From assembly GCA_964016885.1 (NCBI GenBank), contig OZ024740.1:53506001-53570000 (forward strand): a stretch of 64,000 nucleotides of DNA, read 5' to 3'. Source of the DNA: Eledone cirrhosa (lineage: Eukaryota). How positions within the stretch are numbered: position 1 is the first letter of the stretch; the number at the start of each line of letters is the position of its first letter. The translations under genes and the position numbers were made by a program. The notes below the pieces were generated by a model. The model was not told the DNA's origin, ran no database searches, and saw nothing but the letters and a program-made list of their open reading frames with translations. Positions 1-11,689 of this stretch are shown here, one piece after another.

Positions 1-20
1 CCTTTCTAACTTGACTGCTG

Positions 21-189
21 CCACGTCACGATTTTTAACCATTTTTGAATGTATTTTTGGCGCGATCACTTTAGAAAATTAAATGTCTAATTTTGAGTTC
101 GCTCCTGGTGAGTCCGAAGCTCTAGACATTCCCTGTTATCGGATGTCTTAAAATACGGATGAAACGATGGTAGAGATAATTAGGTATGT
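21..189 (+). promoter_or_regulatory. Candidate promoter / first exon of an unidentified host gene
   Basis: Unique, relatively CpG-containing sequence; CCACGTCA (CRE/UPRE-like) at 21-28; short ATG ORF 83-151; donor-like CTG|GTGAGT (107/108) and TAG|GTATGT (183/184). No downstream coding exon identified. Confidence 0.25.
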
Positions 190-560
190 ACGCATTTCTT
201 CTAAGTTTGAATTTACACCTAATTGTGTTTAGTTGACTGTATATCTGGTCGATTTCTACATGCTGTCGAAATGTTAGATAAATACTCTATCGTAGCTACC
301 GCGAAGAGGCTGCTTTCGGTTATTTGTCGGAGATTTCTTCATAGGAGTCTTTATTCTTATAGCTTGGTCTAATTGATTTTTTATATGGTTAATTATGCTA
401 ATTGGGAGAGGAAATGGTATATATTATATCTAGTGATTCTAAAGACATGTTTTATGATATATAGCTCTGATTATTTAATTTATTAATTCTTCATTGAGCC
501 ACAACGTGACCTGTTGCAAAACATATATATATATCTATGACTTTTTATATATATGTAAAC

Positions 561-612
<52 letters not shown>

Positions 613-617
<5 letters not shown>

Positions 618-1130
618 AAGGTTGCTTGGATGCGTCCATAAGCGGTATGCCGGTTGAAGCACTCCTTCGGAGTAGAGTATGATAATATGTAAAACGAAGA
701 ATCAGTGATGCATCGGATCACAATTTATTACATATTACAATTGTTTTCTCGGGCGAACAGCTCGAGGTGCGATCTGTTTGTGGAGCGAACCTGACTCTGG
801 ATTCGCCAGTTCCTCAGATACGTCTAGTGATTTCGAAGCAAATCCTCTTTCTGCTAGACTCCGACCCTTCAAATTTCTATCATCTGCCATCATCTTGTTT
901 GCGCGGCACTCCGATTGGTTGATAGTTCCAGACGTCATCAAATCTGCCCACTGACCATTTCCATTCAGGCGTGACACCCTAATCCCGTCGCCAGAAATTA
1001 CTGCTATGTGTGGGAGAGGTGTTATGAACTCTCTTGCCCTTCCCTGGCTTGCCTGTCTCCCTACACATATACACCCACATGCACGTGTATCACACATATA
1101 CAGACATTCCGAGTCATTAATCGCACACTT
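613..1130 (-). mobile_element. Penelope-like element terminal fragment (HHR plus tail) in (TA)n
   Basis: On the minus strand: HHR motif, AT-rich spacer, tail ATACTCTACTCCGAAGGAGTGCT...CCTTACTAC, then (TA)n. Left end is sharp; right end approximate. Confidence 0.55.
731..822 (-). ncRNA. Type I hammerhead ribozyme motif with extended stem II
   Basis: CGUAU-CUGAGGA-[~60 nt closed by GGCGAA/UUCGCC]-GAAA-ACAAUUGU(palindrome)-A-AUAUG. Confidence 0.6.
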
Positions 1131-1481
1131 ATCTTTATATATATATATAAAGCGCAGGTCAAACATTTTCTCAGCAACTACGTGGTTCTGGTTTCAATTC
1201 CGCTAAGCGACACCGTGGCCAAATGTATGTTATAATAACTTCAAGTAGACCAATCAATGTCTTGTTCACTGAAATTGCAGACCTAGTTGGGTTCTCACAA
1301 AAAGGGGTGTATATCATCTAAGGAACATCAAGGTAACACGTTTTTGATGGTGTTATATACTCACCTGATCTGCAATTATTCTGAAATAGGCGTACTAATT
1401 TTCGTATACTTAGCCTTCGTGTAGGTAGTTAATTAAGATATATATATTAAGTGCATTAAGCAGTGGAAGTATACTATAAAG

Positions 1482-1528
<47 letters not shown>

Positions 1529-2259
1529 GTGCGTAATTGTATACAAATGGGTACGTCAATTTCAGAATACTACGAAGGGCGTGTGGTTATATAAGCACAT
1601 GAAATATGTTTCCTTGTGCTTATTCATATGATATACACGCCGTCTGGTGAAGAACCAACTAGGAAATCCCCATTTTCTGATATGTTTACACGACTACACA
1701 TGAAAAAATACCATTAAAAAATCATGGTTACCCTCTCTGTAATATGCACATATAATTTTATCATAAATTTCGTCGGATTAGTGCACTTCTTTATATATAT
1801 ATATTTTTTTTTTTTACCATTTGACATTCATTTTTTAATTTTTTAATATATTCTTTTACTATTTTTACCTTTTGACATTATTTTCCTAATGATACCCCTT
1901 TAAATATATTTTTTTAGATGTAGATTGATACGATAGTTCTTCGAAATGCACATTATTTTTTTCCTCTCCTTTTGATCTTCAAACTTCCACACATCTTTCG
2001 ACTAAAATAATATATAATTGAAATTAATCTCATACGAAATAATATATAATTTTCTCTATATATTTTCTGAGTAAATCATTCATCAAATTTAACGGTTAAC
2101 AAACAAGATTGGAGTTATCTTTCCCTTTTCAATAGTGCAAACATAAGCATTATATTATAATACTAGCAGAGGTACCCGGCGTTGCCCGGTATAACTCTCA
2201 ATGGAGTAGTTGTTCAAATGAACCGAAATACTTCCGTTAAACACAACTATAGAAGTAAC

Positions 2260-2515
2260 AATTTATAGGTGTTTGCCCTAAAGAGGACCTTTGAACAATC
2301 GCTTTGAAATGTCTCTGCGGTGGTGCTACCAGCAAAGACAAATCCGATGGTAACACTTTAAAGTTGGTGGCCCTAAATAGAGCCTTGGATCGTTCAATCT
2401 TAAAAGTCTCAGCGGCGGTGTTGCCAGCAAAGATGAATCCGATGGTAACAATTTAAAGTTGGTGGCTCTAAAGAGAGCCTTGGATCGTTCAATCTTAAAA
2501 GTCCCAGCGGCAGAG
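2260..2515. repeat. ~95-bp tandem repeat (about 2.5 copies) in the Helitron 3' region
   Basis: CCAGCAAAGA..AATCCGATGGTAACA.TTTAAAGTTGGTGGC recurs at 2329 and 2424. Confidence 0.85.
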
Positions 2516-2943
2516 CTGTGAGCAAATTTCAACTCCGATTAGAGGTGGTGTATCTTAAGAAGTCCTTCACACCACTTTGGTGTGTCGTATTTGCTTTGCT
2601 TGTTATTTGAGATTTAAAATAGAAATGCACGTAACAGTCGGTGGCCACAAAAAACGGCCTTGTTAAGATCACGCTGGAATGTCAAAAAAATGTGTAAATA
2701 AAATGTAGGGAAAAGTAGATTAATTAGGTTAAAACTACGGAACATCGCTAGCAAAGCGTAATAGCAACATATAAATGCGGAAAACAGAGACATTGAACAT
2801 TTATAACGTATAGCAAAAGCAACCTCAGAGGCGTACGTGGTATTGTCAAAAGGACAAAAATAGCACACGAATACAGCAAATATAAGCACTTATACAAAAA
2901 AAAACAAAAAAAAACAGCGATTACTTGTTGGCGGATGGGGTGC

Positions 2944-3490
2944 CTAAACAACTTCCTTATAGACTATATTTTGGGTTTTTTTGCGAGTTGCAAAAGCAAA
3001 TAGGTTATGTCGGCTCCCCACTCAAGAGCAGCCAACATATAGTTGACCATGGGAGAAGCACGGTTCTTCTAAATTAAGCCCTACGACCGTCAGCGTCTGA
3101 CCCTGTGATTTGTTAATCGACATGGCGAAACTGAGCTGGAGAGGGATTTGCAGCCTTCTGAATGTGAAAGGAATGTCTTTACCGGAAGGAATGAGAGGTA
3201 TCCTTGGTATGAAGACAGTATCTCCCTTACAACATCCTGTAAGTATTGTTGCCTCAATAACATGAGGCATCACCTTTTGGACGACCAGACGCGTGCCGTT
3301 GGAAAGCCTTCGGGGTTCCAAATTCCTGAGGAGCATGACAGTGGCACCTTTCTTAAGTCGCAGTAAGTGTGGTGGATCCGGGAGGGTCTAGGGAGTTAAG
3401 AAATTCTGTGGGGTAATTAACAACTTCGTCCGGATCAGCCATAGAGTCCAGGGACTTGTAGACCTGCAGGTTTCCAAGCAAGCAGAGCAT
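2944..3490 (-). pseudogene. Helitron RepHel C-terminal Pif1-family helicase fragment
   Basis: [79 protein letters not shown]. Frameshift near 3378; premature TGA at 3022-3024 where R is expected; natural stop at 2944. Confidence 0.93.
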
Positions 3491-4680
3491 AGTCGGAGGA
3501 GGGGTCGTAGTTAAAAGCCTTCAACAACCATCGTGAATTGCAAGTCCTAGAAATGCCACGTAACGATGATCGCCGCTGTTCACTTTGCAGAAGTCGGCCA
3601 CGTCTTTGCTCTATAGTTTCAGTATTTCGTGCAGCAACAGTGGCAGCAGCGTTCCTGCTTCGTCGAACGGCGCGTCGTCCTTCATCCTCTCGAGCGCGAG
3701 CTGCGGATGTTGCAGTGCCGTCCCTACTTCGTCGAACGGCGCGTCGTCCTTCATCCTCTCAAGCGCGAGCAGCGGATGTTGCAGTGCCGTCCCTACTTCG
3801 TCGAACGGCGCGTCGTCCTTCATCCCCTCGAGCGCGAGCAGCGGATGTTGCAGTGGCGTCCCTACTTCGTCGAACGGCGCGTCGTCCTTCATCCCCTCGA
3901 GCGCGAGCAGCGGATGTTGCAGTGCCGTCCCTACTTCGTCGAACGGCGCGTCGTCCTTCATCCCCTCGAGCGCGAGCAGCGGATGTTGCAGTGCCGTCCC
4001 TACTTCGTCGAACGGCGCGTCGTCCTTCATCCCCTCGAGCACGAGCAGCGGCTGTCTTTCTTCTCTTTCTTTGATTCACCCCAGGTGCCTGAGGATCCTC
4101 CTCAGAAGCGCTAGAGATGCGACTGGGAGATGGACTAATTCCTCTAAGGATGTGCCGAGTTGGTGATGGTATCTCTCGATCGCCAATGCATGGCATCGTT
4201 TTTGCATGGCAGATTTGACATCGGCGAATGGAGATCGCTGCAGGACGGATGGTAGGCACGGCATTATTCCCCCGACAGAAGCCACACACGAAGCCTTGAG
4301 GACTCTTTTTCTGTATTCGAGTCAGGCCGCTGCAGATCCTATGGAAGATACGTCGGCAAGTCGAGCAGGAAATGGGCACGAAGTCTTGTCGGCAGCAGCT
4401 GTTGCAGTGGCGTCCCTGCTTCGTCGAACGGAGCGTCTTTCTTCATCCTCTCCCGCGCGAGTAGCAGCAGTCGCGGCAGCATCTTTGTTCCGTCAAAGTT
4501 CACGCCGACTGTCATCCTCCTCCGTTCTTGTAGCTGCCGTCTGCACAGCGTTCTGCGAGAGCCTGATCGCAGTCGCATTTACATCTTCGGTGAGACGCCT
4601 TCGCTTAGACCTACTTGTATCATTAAATAATCGACCAATGAAAGTTCTTTTCTTGGGGGGGGGGGGGGGGGGGGGGGCAT
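3491..4680 (-). pseudogene. Helitron RepHel N-terminal region: MPP..KKR start, PHD-like zinc finger, 23-aa repeats
   Basis: ATG at 4680 then C23 run and KKRTFIGR; CSTCRRIFHRICSGL...FVCGFC; repeats AARARGDEGRRAVRRSRDGTATS; ends in [11 protein letters not shown]. Interrupted by stops and frameshifts. Confidence 0.75.
3641..4052. repeat. 69-bp GC-rich coding minisatellite, ~6 copies (plus a degenerate copy near 4395-4480)
   Basis: TCCCTACTTCGTCGAACGGCGCG recurs at 3721, 3790, 3859, 3928 and 3997. Confidence 0.95.
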
Positions 4681-5064
4681 TGTTTTTAGAAAATTAACCA
4701 GGGATAACGATAAATAGTGGACAAATAACGTTTAAGTAAGCAAATCTAAACACGGATATAAATTGCGAAAAAATGTGATAAATCTATGTGGTCTGAGAAA
4801 GTGGGTATGTTTGGCAAGATTTTGTGTGCCAGTGAAATTTCACGTTTTAAGTTAGGGGCAACGCAGTGTACGGACTACCTGTGATAAAGGAAATTAAATA
4901 GTGTGGCTACAGTGGTAGGTATATAAGTGTCAGTATGTTTGTTCAGTTCAAACATAGCAATAAGTAAGTACTAACCATTGAAAGGATACAGGCAAAAATG
5001 GCCGAAAAGTCAGAGCATGATAAACTGGAATCTTATGACCATAAACACATTAACTAAACCTCCT

Positions 5065-5500
5065 TTAACCCTTTAGTGTTCAAAACGGCCGAAATTATTT
5101 CCCCTTCATTTATTCAAACCGCCCAAAACCGGCCGTAACACCCACACTTAAATATCGTTCTAAAAATAAACAATACCGTCATCAAAATCTCGTCAATTCG
5201 AGATTACTGCGAGATTAGGCCCTTACCGCAAAAATTAACACTTAATATAGTGAAACAACTTAAAACAACACGTGTTTTTTTAACGTTTAAAGTAGAACAT
5301 ATTTTTTGTTTGTATCAACATGGCTTGTGAAAGTAGCGATATCGACTTTGAAGTTTTTACACACGACGATATTCAAAATGAACAAGAAACAAAAGATAAT
5401 ATTAGTGATTTATCTTCAAATGAATCATGTTTAGATTTCTGAAATTTCATCCGACGATGATTGTTGTTTTGAAAGTGAAAAGGAAGATCGAACGTAAACT
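5065..5500 (+). mobile_element. piggyBac-like 5' end with acidic transposase N-terminus remnant, nested in the Helitron
   Basis: TTAA|CCCTTTAG at 5065-5076; ATG at 5320 gives MACESSDIDFEVFTHDDIQNEQETKDNISDLSSNES; no matching right end seen. Confidence 0.5.
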
Positions 5501-6069
5501 TCAAAAGTTATCAGGTACTAATACAATGTTAATGTGAACTTAAATAGATAAGTCGAAGGGGCTTACGCCCCGGTCCCCTTAATGAGTTCAAGTAAAAGTT
5601 CATGTGCTCATCTTCCTTTATAAGCCATGGGTAAGCAATACGTCTCGCTTCGTGAAAACCAAACACCAACTCAAGCAGTTATGACGTTTTGTTGCATTGA
5701 TGATATCAACTTCAACATTCATTAAGTCGGTTTACTGCCTCCCCCCCCCCAAGGGGTCCCCTACCTGTATTTCTGCGCAAGCGCATACCTGAAAATTTAT
5801 TTGTAGGCCATAAGCAAACAAAAGATTAATTTCGGTGAAGACGAGAGGAAAACAACTGCAGGAATTATGGGGCCTTTAAACAGTAGTACTGCTGACTCCA
5901 AGCGAGAGGCTTATGGGGGTACCTGCCCCGGGGGGGGGGGGGGGGGGCACAATCGATGTAATAGGACCGCAGAAACCTATGTATGAAATTTGGTGCAAAT
6001 CGGTTGTAAAATGTAGAAATGCATGCGGTTACACAAACAGACAGACATCTTCTGTTTTATATATATAGA

Positions 6070-6105
6070 CTAGCAGAAAACCGCCCACCGTGTGGTTTTT
6101 GCTAG
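6070..6105. mobile_element. Two back-to-back Helitron 3'-end motifs
   Basis: CTAGCAGAAAACC...GGTTTTTGCTAG directly abuts the 5' TC of the large Helitron. Confidence 0.6.
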
Positions 6106-6330
6106 TATATATATACATATTACACACACAGAAATGTATATATATTTCTGTGTGTGTATATATATATATATATATACATTATACACACAGAAATGTATAT
6201 ATATTCCTGTGTGTATATATATATATATTACACACACAGAAATGTATATATATTTCTGTGTGTATATATATATATTTCTGTGTGTATATATATATATATT
6301 ACACACACAGAAATGTATATATGTTTCTGT
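6106..6330. repeat. Palindromic-unit minisatellite ACACACAGAAAT(RT)nATTTCTGTGTGT; related array at 7125-7272
   Basis: About 4 hairpin units separated by (TA)n. Confidence 0.85.
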
Positions 6331-6435
6331 AGCACTCCTCAATTGCCCCCTCTCTCCCTCCCGCTATCCCCCTCTTGTAGTCTGTCTCTTTCTTTCACTC
6401 TCACTCTCTCTCTACGCGTGCGCAAAAAACATTCG

Positions 6436-6607
6436 CACGCGCGCACGTGTTTCCACTGTCGGACAGACAGACAGAGAAATTGCTTGTTATATATTATAAG
6501 GAGATAATATGTATGATAAACTATATATCTTCGCTAAATCTCCTTATAATATATAACCAGCAATTTCTCTGTCTGTCTGTCCGACATTGGAAACACGTGC
6601 GCGCGTG
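6436..6607. mobile_element. Inverted pair of non-autonomous Helitron 5' ends
   Basis: A|TCTCCTTATAATATATAAC..(CTGT)n..GGAAACACGTGCGCGCGTG on minus from 6504 and on plus from 6539; 32-bp spacer. Confidence 0.65.
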
Positions 6608-6811
6608 GTTGCTATCTCTCTCTCTCTCCAGCTATCCCTCTCTTTTAGTCTGTCTGTTTCTCTCACTCTCACTCTTTCTCTTTGTAACACACTAACATTC
6701 CTCCCCTCTATCGCTGTGACGAATGGGGAGATGGAGGAGAGAGTCACTTCGTCACTTCACCTCTGCCTTTCTTTCTCTCCCCTCTCACTCCCTCATTACG
6801 TACAGACATTA

Positions 6812-7004
6812 GGGCGGTGGATTGGCAGAATCTGTAGAGAGTCGGACACCATGCTTCATAGCATGGAGTTACGTCCCTTTACGGTCTGAGTTCAAATACC
6901 GCCGAGGTTAACTTTGCCTTTCATCCTCACGGGGTAGATAAAATAAATTACTAGTAATGTACTGGGTATTTGCCGGCCTTGTGCCAAAAGTAAAAACAAT
7001 TATT
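6812..7004 (+). mobile_element. tRNA-derived SINE, full length (dominant family in the window)
   Basis: A-box-like head, B-box-like GAGTTCAAAT, central TTTGCCTTTCATCCT..CGGGGT.GATAAAATAAA, AAT tail; more than 12 copies in the window. Confidence 0.85.
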
Positions 7005-7272
7005 AGAAACATTGCTTCATTTTTACATATCTAAGCATTAGTAAAATAACTAATAATTTCAAAAGTAATTTTTCAATTCCAATTGTTATGAACAGCAAAA
7101 CATTAATAATAATTTTGTTCTAAGAAATATATATACATTTCTGTGTGTGTTATATATATATATATATATATATATACATTTCTGTGTTTGTAATATATAT
7201 ATATACACACAGAAATATATATACAGTTCTGTGTTTGTAATATATATATATATACACACACAGAAATATATG

Positions 7273-7280
7273 GGCATTTC

Positions 7281-7318
<38 letters not shown>

Positions 7319-8121
7319 CTTCCCTAAAACTCAAATGTAGGTGCTACAGAAATATTACCTTCCCCTTCCTTTCTCCACTTTGGTACTACCAAGAGAAACA
7401 CTGTCGCTATAGAAACATTACCTTCCCCTCTCCACTAACTTTGGTCACTGAGGCCGAGGGAATCGCTGGTTGCTATAGAGACACCTTGCACAAGCCAGAA
7501 GTAACCAGTTCGAGGCGGTTCTGACTTGACACCATGCCAAGGACCATTTGAAGATATATTCCCATCGTTATATCATAACGTTTATGTATCATAACGTTTA
7601 TATTTCCGTCACTAATCTCTTTTTCTCCATTTTCGTTTTAACATATATTTATTTCAAAGAGGCGGGCTGATAGACGATGGAGGCATGCAGACAGACAGTC
7701 GTGCAGAGAAGTGATATAGGAGGTAAAATTGTGCAGACAGACAGTCGTGCAGAGAGGTGATAGGCGATGAAATTGCATTTTTTTTTTTGTTTTTCATGTC
7801 CATCCAATTTCTTTGTTTCAAAGTAACTGATAGTTTGGTTACGCTGATGTTTTTCTCTGAGACAAGTTTTGCAGTGTTTACATTTTCGATTTTTGTTAGA
7901 TTACCAGTACAGTTTTTATCCCCAGCATCCCCTTTTGTTTTAACATTCGAAATATGGTTATGTTTTCTTAACTTCATAAGGCATACTGTTGGTTAAGGGA
8001 ATATTAATCAAAAGTACCACATGAAAGTCTACAGTGTAGACTCTACAGTTTTTAAGCCAGAAAGGAACTTAACATTGTAACATTAACACAGCTACAGAGC
8101 AACGCTGGGCTTTACTGCTAG
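7273..8121 (+). mobile_element. Non-autonomous Helitron
   Basis: (CTGT)n subterminal tract near 7281-7318; 3' end GAGCAACGCTGGGCTTTACTGCTAG|T at 8121. 5' boundary approximate. Confidence 0.65.
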
Positions 8122-8760
8122 TTAACAATATTCTGAAAACATTTTCAATGCTGGAACAAAATATTCGAATCTACAAATTGTTCTCCTCTTACAACTTGAA
8201 CTAGCTGTTTTTTTAATGTAAAATGCAAAATCAACACCTTCGTAACTCATATTAGAAATGTAAATAACTAATAATTGTAAATTATTTCTATTTCTATAAT
8301 ACATGCACAATTATTAATCTATATAGATATTTATATACTTACAACCTATTGTAATGTAATAAGATAAAATCTACTTACAACCATAATTCTTCATATAATC
8401 TAATTGATTATATATACAATATTATAACTCATAATATAGCTAAATAAATTTAAATTTTGGAATCATATTCCACCATTCCCGCAAATTGTTAATTCCTTTT
8501 AAATTAACGTAAATACAAGCTTTTCTTTCTTTTTTTTCATCTTCCTACTCATACATACATATATCCTAATTATTTAAATTCTGCATAGCGTCTAAAATAA
8601 CGTTTTTTCAGCCCTATACCTCAACCTCATTTGCATACTCATCTTAATAATTTGAAATATCTGACTTCTCTTCTCTTATCCCTTCACTATCCAAGAAAAA
8701 CTTTAACCGTTAAGCTATCTTTTCTTGGTTATGTCAAAATTTATAAAACGAACTTTGTAT

Positions 8761-8815
8761 TTTATCTGATGAAAGCGTACCAAAGTTTTGGTACCCTTGA
8801 AATATATATAATAAA
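8761..8815 (+). ncRNA. Type I hammerhead ribozyme motif
   Basis: UUUAU-CUGAUGA-AAG.GUACCAAA/UUUGGUAC.CUU-GAAA-UAUAUAUA-AUAAA. Confidence 0.6.
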
Positions 8816-9056
8816 ATAAATATGGTTTTATAAATATAGTTTCCATTTATTTAATATCATTGAATAATATACTCCAGAAAACTTGTCGAGTGCTCTGAAT
8901 CTGTTATAAACATTTATGTTTGTTGAATTACCAACAAATTGAATATCCCTTTTGCTTATATATATATATATATGTGTGTGTGTAAAAGGTAAACAGAAAT
9001 AACAACACAATCGGTACAGTATATGGAAGGGATAGATTGAAATAGCAGGAAGAGGG

Positions 9057-9092
9057 TCTTAACGTTTCGGACGCTAGTCCTTCATCAGAAGA
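9057..9092 (-). ncRNA. Minimal type I hammerhead ribozyme motif
   Basis: UCUU-CUGAUGA-A-GGAC(UAGC)GUCC-GAA-ACGU-U-AAGA. Confidence 0.75.
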
Positions 9093-9193
9093 AAGAATGA
9101 GAAATAAGATAGATTGAGGGGACGGGCGGGTTGGAATTGAAAAAAAAATGCCTTTAGATAAAAATAACAGGTCCATTCAAGTTGACATATGTG

Positions 9194-9226
<33 letters not shown>

Positions 9227-9498
9227 CTGTTTGAATTTGAGAGTGTGTCTGGGCACGTGTGCGGAGATGTCTATTGGTGTTTGCCTTTATGTTTTTCCGT
9301 ATTTGTGTTTATGTCTCATAATTCAGCGGATCGATAACATAAGTATCGGAGTTAAGATCGATATGGTTAACTAAAGTAAGTGTGCAACCCATCATGACCA
9401 CAGTCCTGTGTACATGCTGAAATCAGAAGAAAATAAAACAGTAAAGAATATATATTCAGACATACATACACCAGCACACAGAGACATAAATATATAGC

Positions 9499-9679
9499 TG
9501 TTTCTACTTTTGGCACAAGGCCAGCAATTACCCAGTACATTACTAGTACCTTATTTTATCGACCTCGTGAGGATGAAAGGCACAGTTAACCTCGACGGGA
9601 TTTGAACTTAGACCGTAAAGGGACGTAACTATGCTGGAAAGCATGGCGTCCAACCCTCTACCGGTACTGCCAATTCACC
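9499..9679 (-). mobile_element. tRNA-derived SINE
   Basis: Reverse complement of 6812-7004. Confidence 0.85.
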
Positions 9680-11159
9680 AAATAGATAAAGTTAACTGTA
9701 GAATGAGGAGATTGAAGTCAGACACGTAATGAGCGGTGAAAGGCAAATGGTAGAGGTTAAAAGGAAACGAATGAACAGAAAAACAGCGAGGGGATACAGA
9801 TATGTTCACAGAGGATAAGTAGGGGATATGAGTATACAGCGACGGGTAGAAATGCAGTGGTGTGAAAACAAGATTAGAGAGAGAAATGATCACATATGTA
9901 CATGTATATATATGCCTATATGCACACATACGTAAATATGCAGGTGTGGGAGTATACGCACGACAAAATTATACTACACCTGTGTGTACGTGTATGTGTG
10001 TGTAATCATGACTATTTATATACATTCTAATTTATGTATGTATATATGTATGTATGTATGTGTGTGTACGTGTGTATACATACATCTGTATATACACACA
10101 GAGAGGAGGGAGAATATATATACATATATATAGGGAGAGAGAGCTAGTGAGAATATACATACTTATAGGGAGAGAGCTAGTGAGAATATATATACATATA
10201 TATATAGGAAGAGAGATTTAGTGAGAGAGTGGGAGAAAGTGAAAGAGAGAGTGAGAGTGAAAGTGAGAGAGAGAGTGAGAGTGAAAGTGAGAGAGAGAAT
10301 GAGAGAGAGTGTGAGTGAGAGAGAGAGAGAATGAGAGAGAGTGTGAGTGAGAGAGAGAATGAGAGAGAGTGTGAGTGAGAGAGAGAGTTAAACTTTCCAC
10401 TTCGTCTACCCTCGCAGTTCGGTTTGTTAGACAAAATAGGTGGAGGTTGGTAGTATTGATAGTGCTGAAGGAGGCACAAACATATCATCGACTTGATGAA
10501 CACAAGATCACCTCAAGATACTCTTCTTCCCCCGGGGACAGACAGAAAATTAAAGACAGCGTGAAAGAACTCCAAAAAATAAATAAATATGTGCAAAAAT
10601 GAATAAACAAAAATGTTATCATCACTACTACACAAACTACCATTAACAACATAGTTACCTACGCCACTACTATCTTCATCATCATCACAACTATCACCAT
10701 CATCACCCTCATCATCATCATCACCATAAGAATCATCATCATCTTCGCTGTCTTAATTAAACTCATATTCCTGTAAGGTCATCATCATCATTATAATGAT
10801 TTCATGTGAAGGTACAATGCCCTCGATTCTAAGGGAATGGAATAGCTAATTTTTACAACTCGCAGTATTTGACTAATACTCAATTTTATCGATTAATAGA
10901 AGCATAAAAGACAAAGTTGACGTCAGCGGTTTGTGTGTGTGTGTGTATGTGTGTGTGTGGAGGGGATGGCTGTAAACAATTGCAAAACGAGTTTGTGATT
11001 ACAGAAAATTGAGGAAAATCAAAAGTAACTATAAGTAAATAACAATAGAATTCCTTAATAGGGGGAGATCAAACAGTGGAAACCGAAAATCTCCATAGAT
11101 CCCTGTTCACCTTCATCACTAGGGGTACTATAGGTAAGTGCTCCTCTTTCATTCACTTC

Positions 11160-11350
11160 TAGCTTAGAGCCGCATGCTCAGAGAAGACCCATTCACTCGG
11201 ATCTTCCCCGTTACATTAACCCACCTTTTAACAAATATAGTGGCGCATGAGGAGAACTTGCCTCGCCACCTCCACCTTCCTTTTCAAAGAGAACTTAAAA
11301 TAGTCGATGAGGTCTTGGCTGAAGAGAATTGTCTTTAGTCCTTTCAGGTT
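11160..11350 (-). mobile_element. L1/Tx1-like LINE ORF2 3' end fragment
   Basis: LKTILFSQDLIDYFKFSLKRKVEVARQVL../VKRWVNVTGKIRVNGSSLSMRL*. Clade assigned from memory of similar C-termini. Confidence 0.45.
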
Positions 11351-11689
11351 GTTCCGTTATCATTGGCATCCGCCAGGTTTGCATCCTATAACCTCCTTCT
11401 CTTGCAGTTAACTTCTTAATGAAGAAGTTACCGAATGGCAGTGGGACTGCAATTAAGGAAAATAGAAAGACTGTGTGTACGATGACACTGCACTGCTAGC
11501 AGAAATAAAATCTAGACTGTATGACCTAACTACAAAGCTAACAGAACAAGAAGTAAATTCGGTCTCAGGATATAAATGTAAAGGTACTAAATATCTGCAT
11601 ACCAACTGTTATATTGGTCATACAATTACCACAAATCCCTACCTACTCACAATGTAAACATGGAGTAATTGCAATGCACTACATTACAA

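Larger units (their letters stand above)
2163..6069 (-). mobile_element. Helitron, internally deleted and non-autonomous, both termini present
   Basis: Minus-strand 5' end TCTATATATATAAAA at 6069; 3' end CCGGGCAACGCCGGG..CTGCTAG|T at 2163; RepHel remnants inside. Confidence 0.9.

Noticed and set aside
3022-3336. Functional host PIF1 gene
   Set aside because: Fragment with a frameshift and premature stop inside Helitron termini.
3641-4052. CRISPR-like array
   Set aside because: Contiguous tandem units with no unique spacers, no cas genes, and a eukaryotic context.
3538-4166. Plus-strand and alternate-frame ORFs over the 69-bp repeat
   Set aside because: Shadow frames of a GC-rich repeat; the meaningful frame is the minus-strand RepHel N-terminus.
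4655-4677. G23 run (also G run near 5929-5947) as a G-quadruplex or phase-variation tract
   Set aside because: Homopolymer length is error-prone and it lies in an already dead ORF; no functional evidence.
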